Of a stretch of DNA of 64,000 nt, positions 60,496 through 64,000 are shown piece by piece; the first letter of the stretch is position 1, and the number at the start of each line of letters is the position of its first letter. The notes under the pieces were generated by a model. It saw only the letters and a list, made by a program, of their open reading frames with translations. It made no database searches and had not been told where the DNA came from. The position numbers and the translations under genes were made by a program. This DNA is from Salinispira sp. (GTDB taxonomy: Bacteria > Spirochaetota > Spirochaetia > DSM-27196 > Salinispiraceae): NCBI GenBank assembly GCA_965226555.1, contig CBDDDG010000001.1, positions 32,001 to 96,000 on the forward strand, in the 5' to 3' direction.

Positions 60496-61305
60496 TCAAT
60501 CATCATCACTACCGCCGCCCAACTCCAACTGAGGCACCGACTGAACGGCATTCCCTGCAATGCCCTTATTCAGAACAAGTAGGTGCCGAGCTTCGCGCAG
60601 AAAGGGTACTTCAAGGGGGAGGAGCTGGTGCCCCTGTGGGAGCGGGCCGCCGAAATTTTCAAGAATTGTATTTTTGCGCCCTGTGTATGCGGCTATCCAG
60701 CCGCCGGAGTTCAGCAGGCGCATCTGTAGCCGACATTGTTCGGGGGTGAAGGGGCGGAAGGCGCGGGATGTTACTACATCGAAGCGCCGTTCGGCGAGGT
60801 CTTCAGCGCGCTGTTCATGTATGTGTACCATGTTTTTCAGTCCGAGGATTGGGATGATGTTATGCAGGAATGCGCATCGCCTACGCTGCTTTTCAATGAG
60901 GTGCATGCGAAATTCCGCGCGGGTGCCGACTTCTGGGGGGGCGCCGGCTTTCGCGCTGTCGCGAAATTCTGGGGAGGCGCCGGCTTCTGTGGAGGCGCCG
61001 GCTTCCATATGGTCGCGGAATGTCAGCGCGAGTACAATGCCCGGGAGACCTGCCCCGCTCCCTAAGTCGGCAACGGAAATCTTCCTGCGGATATTCAGAA
61101 GATCGCCGAACCAGAAAAAGGCTGCTGCTGAATCGAGAATGTGCCTGACCACAAGCTCTCTTTCCGTGGCTTTTACAAGTCCGGCGCGGGAATTCCAGAG
61201 CAGAATTTCATCAATGTAACGTTTGAGAGATATGAACAGCGAGTCCGAGTATAGAGCGAGTTGGCGAAGTCCATGTGCGAGCAGGCGCTCATTGTTCTGA
61301 GTCAT
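60496..61305 (-). CDS. rsmG: 16S rRNA m7G527 methyltransferase
   Basis: RHILDS, DLGSGAGLPGI, RAE, VTSRAF; downstream of mnmG. Confidence 0.93.
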   Translation of the reverse strand: MTQNNERLLAHGLRQLALYSDSLFISLKRYIDEILLWNSRAGLVKATERELVVRHILDSAAAFFWFGDLLNIRRKISVADLGSGAGLPGIVLALTFRDHMEAGASTEAGASPEFRDSAKAGAPPEVGTRAEFRMHLIEKQRRRCAFLHNIIPILGLKNMVHIHEQRAEDLAERRFDVVTSRAFRPFTPEQCRLQMRLLNSGGWIAAYTGRKNTILENFGGPLPQGHQLLPLEVPFLREARHLLVLNKGIAGNAVQSVPQLELGGGSDDD

Positions 61306-61380
61306 GCTGATGTTCCGCCTAATGCGCTTCCCGCTGCGTTGCGCGGGCGCGGGGAAGCCGGCGGGCGCGGGGAAGTCGGT

Positions 61381-63441
61381 TTATATTTCAAGTGTAGTGG
61401 TATTGAGCATGGATTCGCTCAGTTTTTTCTGAGATGGGCTCTGATCGGCGCGGCGGGCTGCTGCAACCATAAGAATGGCAAGGTCGGAGCTGCGGACGCC
61501 GCTGATGCGCCCCGCCTGCCCTATTGAAAGGGGGCGAATGTTCTTGAATTTTTCACGGGCCTCATTGGACAAGCCCCGTACTCCATCATAATTGAAGCTC
61601 TGAGGAATTTTCATATTCTCCATCTTGGTAAAGCGGAGAATCTGTTCTTCCTGCCGAGCGACATAGCCTTCGTATTTTATATCAATTTCAACTTGGCGGA
61701 GCCATTCAAGGGGATGGTCACTGAGGAGATCAGGATCAATCTGCATAAGATTTTCAATGGATACGGTCGGATTTTTCAATATCTGCATAAATGTTTTTCC
61801 CGGAAGCCGAGCGGAATTGCCGGTGGGCGGTCTGGCAGAATGGCGCGGGGTGGAAATGCTCATGGCCGACTGCGCTCTGTCGAGTTCATGCGCCGAGAGG
61901 CGGCGGTGGGCGAGGAGTTCCTTAATTGCCGCTATGCCCTGTTGCTTGTCTCTGAATTGTTGCCAGGCGGCAGCGCTGTGCAATCCGATATCCCGCCCGC
62001 GGGCGTACAGGCGCATGTCTGAGGAATCGTGGCGGAGGCTGATGCGATGTTCCGCGCGTGAAGTGAACATTCGGTAGGGTTCCTTTGTGCCAAGGGTTAC
62101 CAAATCGTCTATGAGTACGCCGATGTAGGCCTCTGCCCGTGAGAGGATGAGAGGGTCGCGTCCTCTCAGGCTCAAGGCGGCGTTAATACCTGCCATAAGC
62201 CCCTGGGCGGCGGCTTCTTCATATCCGCTTGTTCCGTTTGTCTGCCCGGCAATGTACAGGCCCCGGCAGAGTTTTGCCTCAAGACTGGGATACAGCTGGC
62301 TCGGATCAATATGGTCGTATTCAACTGCATAGCCCGGGCGCATGATGACGGCATGCTCCAGTCCGGGGATGCTGTGAATAAAATGTTCCTGAACATCCTC
62401 CGGGAGCGATGTGGAAATACCGTTCAGGTACATCTCCTTTGTTTCAAGTCCTTCCGGTTCTACAAAAATCTGATGACGTTCCCGCTGGGGAAATTTTACG
62501 ACCTTATCTTCTATGGACGGACAGTAACGCGGGCCGACTCCTTCTATGGCGCCGGAAAAAAGGGGCGAGCGGTGCATGTTTTCGTTAATGATTCGATGTG
62601 TTTCAGGAGTTGTGAAGGTGATGTAACAGGGCTCATTCGGGCGGTTGGGCCGTTCACGGGTGAAGGAGAAGGGGAGCATTTCATCGTCTCCAAACTGCGG
62701 CTGCATTTTGCCAAGGTCGAGGCTGTCGCGGTGAACCCGGGCGGGGGTGCCGGTTTTCATGCGGCCCATGCGGAAGCCGAGCCCGCAGAGGGTGCTTTCC
62801 AGACCCCGTGCGGCAGGTTCGCCAATGCGCCCCGCGCTCGCGCTGAACTCCCCAATGTGAATTTTACCGTTCAGGAAGGTTCCTGTTGTAAGTACGACCC
62901 GGGATGCGCTCATGCGCCGGCCCCGTTCGGTTATAACTCCGCGGATCGCGCTCCCATCAACATCCTGCTTGCTCCCGCCCGCATTCTGTCCATCAGCATC
63001 CTGCTTGCTCCCGCCCGCATTCTGTCCATCAGCATTCTGTCCGTCTGAATCCAGCAGAAAGTCGATGACCGTATCCTGAAAAAGCTGAAGATTTTTCTCG
63101 TTTTCCAGCGTTTTTTTCGCTTCTATCTGGTAGCGCATTTTGTCGGCCTGCGCCCGCGGCGCCTGCACCGAAGGTCCCTTGCGCCGGTTGAGCACCCGAT
63201 ACTGAATCATGGTCTTGTCGATGAGCCTGCCCATTTCTCCGCCAAGAGCATCAATTTCCCTGACCATATTGCCCTTCGCGAGTCCGCCAACGGCAGGGTT
63301 GCACGATAATTTTCCAATGCAGTCGAGGTTCATGGTAATGAGAAGGGTGCGGAAGCCCAGCCGTGCCGAAGCAAGCGAGGCTTCAATGCCCGCGTGACCG
63401 CCGCCGACAACAATAATGTCAAAATCAGTATTCATCTTCAT
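61381..63441 (-). CDS. mnmG: tRNA modification enzyme MnmG/GidA
   Basis: [34 protein letters not shown]. Confidence 0.98.
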   Translation of the reverse strand: MKMNTDFDIIVVGGGHAGIEASLASARLGFRTLLITMNLDCIGKLSCNPAVGGLAKGNMVREIDALGGEMGRLIDKTMIQYRVLNRRKGPSVQAPRAQADKMRYQIEAKKTLENEKNLQLFQDTVIDFLLDSDGQNADGQNAGGSKQDADGQNAGGSKQDVDGSAIRGVITERGRRMSASRVVLTTGTFLNGKIHIGEFSASAGRIGEPAARGLESTLCGLGFRMGRMKTGTPARVHRDSLDLGKMQPQFGDDEMLPFSFTRERPNRPNEPCYITFTTPETHRIINENMHRSPLFSGAIEGVGPRYCPSIEDKVVKFPQRERHQIFVEPEGLETKEMYLNGISTSLPEDVQEHFIHSIPGLEHAVIMRPGYAVEYDHIDPSQLYPSLEAKLCRGLYIAGQTNGTSGYEEAAAQGLMAGINAALSLRGRDPLILSRAEAYIGVLIDDLVTLGTKEPYRMFTSRAEHRISLRHDSSDMRLYARGRDIGLHSAAAWQQFRDKQQGIAAIKELLAHRRLSAHELDRAQSAMSISTPRHSARPPTGNSARLPGKTFMQILKNPTVSIENLMQIDPDLLSDHPLEWLRQVEIDIKYEGYVARQEEQILRFTKMENMKIPQSFNYDGVRGLSNEAREKFKNIRPLSIGQAGRISGVRSSDLAILMVAAARRADQSPSQKKLSESMLNTTTLEI

Positions 63442-64000
63442 AGCATCGTATTCGCCTTCGCCTTCACATTGCTACTGCGCTTTTTTCGGCGGCCCTTCCT
63501 GCCAATCCAACCCTTGAGTCTGAAAAATAATCCCAGACCGGCGGCAATGGCGAGCATAACAAACAATACAAGCGGATATACCCAGGGAATACTCAGCTCA
63601 GGCATGTTTTGAAAATTCATTCCATACACACCGGATATGAATGTCAGTGGTATAAAAATAGTAGAGATAATCGCGAGCACCTTCATAATCTCATTCATTC
63701 TGTTACCCTGAAGAGCGGCATAAAGCCCAAGCTGATCACTGAGCATTTCACGGTAGCTGTCTACGGCATCGCGTACCTGCCGAATCTGATCCCGCAAATC
63801 CTGATAAAACGGATAACTCGCCTCCTGAATAATGCGATGATCCGACTTCAGAATCTGCTCAATAATTCCGATGACAGGGCGGGTAAAACGGCGAACCTCG
63901 GCAAAATCGCGCTTAAGCTTTCGTACAAAACGAATAATGTATTCATCGTGGTAACGGAATATTTCATCTTCAAATATTTCCACCTGCTCCCCCAGCGTTT
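63438..64000 (-). CDS. corA: Mg/Co transporter CorA (5' end outside window)
   Basis: [25 protein letters not shown]. Confidence 0.93.
   Translation of the reverse strand, partial: TLGEQVEIFEDEIFRYHDEYIIRFVRKLKRDFAEVRRFTRPVIGIIEQILKSDHRIIQEASYPFYQDLRDQIRQVRDAVDSYREMLSDQLGLYAALQGNRMNEIMKVLAIISTIFIPLTFISGVYGMNFQNMPELSIPWVYPLVLFVMLAIAAGLGLFFRLKGWIGRKGRRKKRSSNVKAKANTML

Overview
This window looks like spirochaete chromosome, probably from a host-associated organism (inference). Evidence: tRNA-Arg(GCG), rpsB-tsf-frr-uppS-cdsA-rseP without pyrH, rpsF-ssb-rpsR-DUF2232-rplI-dnaB, and a spirochaetal-type lipobox. Core blocks are tRNA cluster-ffs-dnaX-ybaB-recR-nudC, coaX/OmpA/ABC genes, phoB-phoU, the rpsB operon, the rpsF-dnaB operon and corA-mnmG-rsmG-epimerase-manC. 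They are interrupted by six IS elements (IS1182, two IS481, one IS4-like, two IS5), a cluster of Fic genes and remnants, three Rpn-family loci and a putative defence island at about 18.6-37.5 kb. The island holds a PLD-SNF2 helicase, an IS-split type IIG MTase, an FRG-TPR protein, an Abi-like protein, an HNH protein and four tandem repeat-variable membrane protein genes. Highlights: (1) tiny palindromic elements with IS5-type ends that occur as 'palindrome - exactly 45 bp cargo - palindrome' cassettes with target duplications and different cargo; (2) ribosomal protein S18 with a ~540-aa PKQEA-repeat N-terminal extension; (3) the four-gene 7/11-residue modular coiled-coil array; (4) a 42-bp REP-like unit inserted in-frame into housekeeping proteins. 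No CRISPR array or rRNA was found. All family assignments come from motif recognition by eye; no searches were run.
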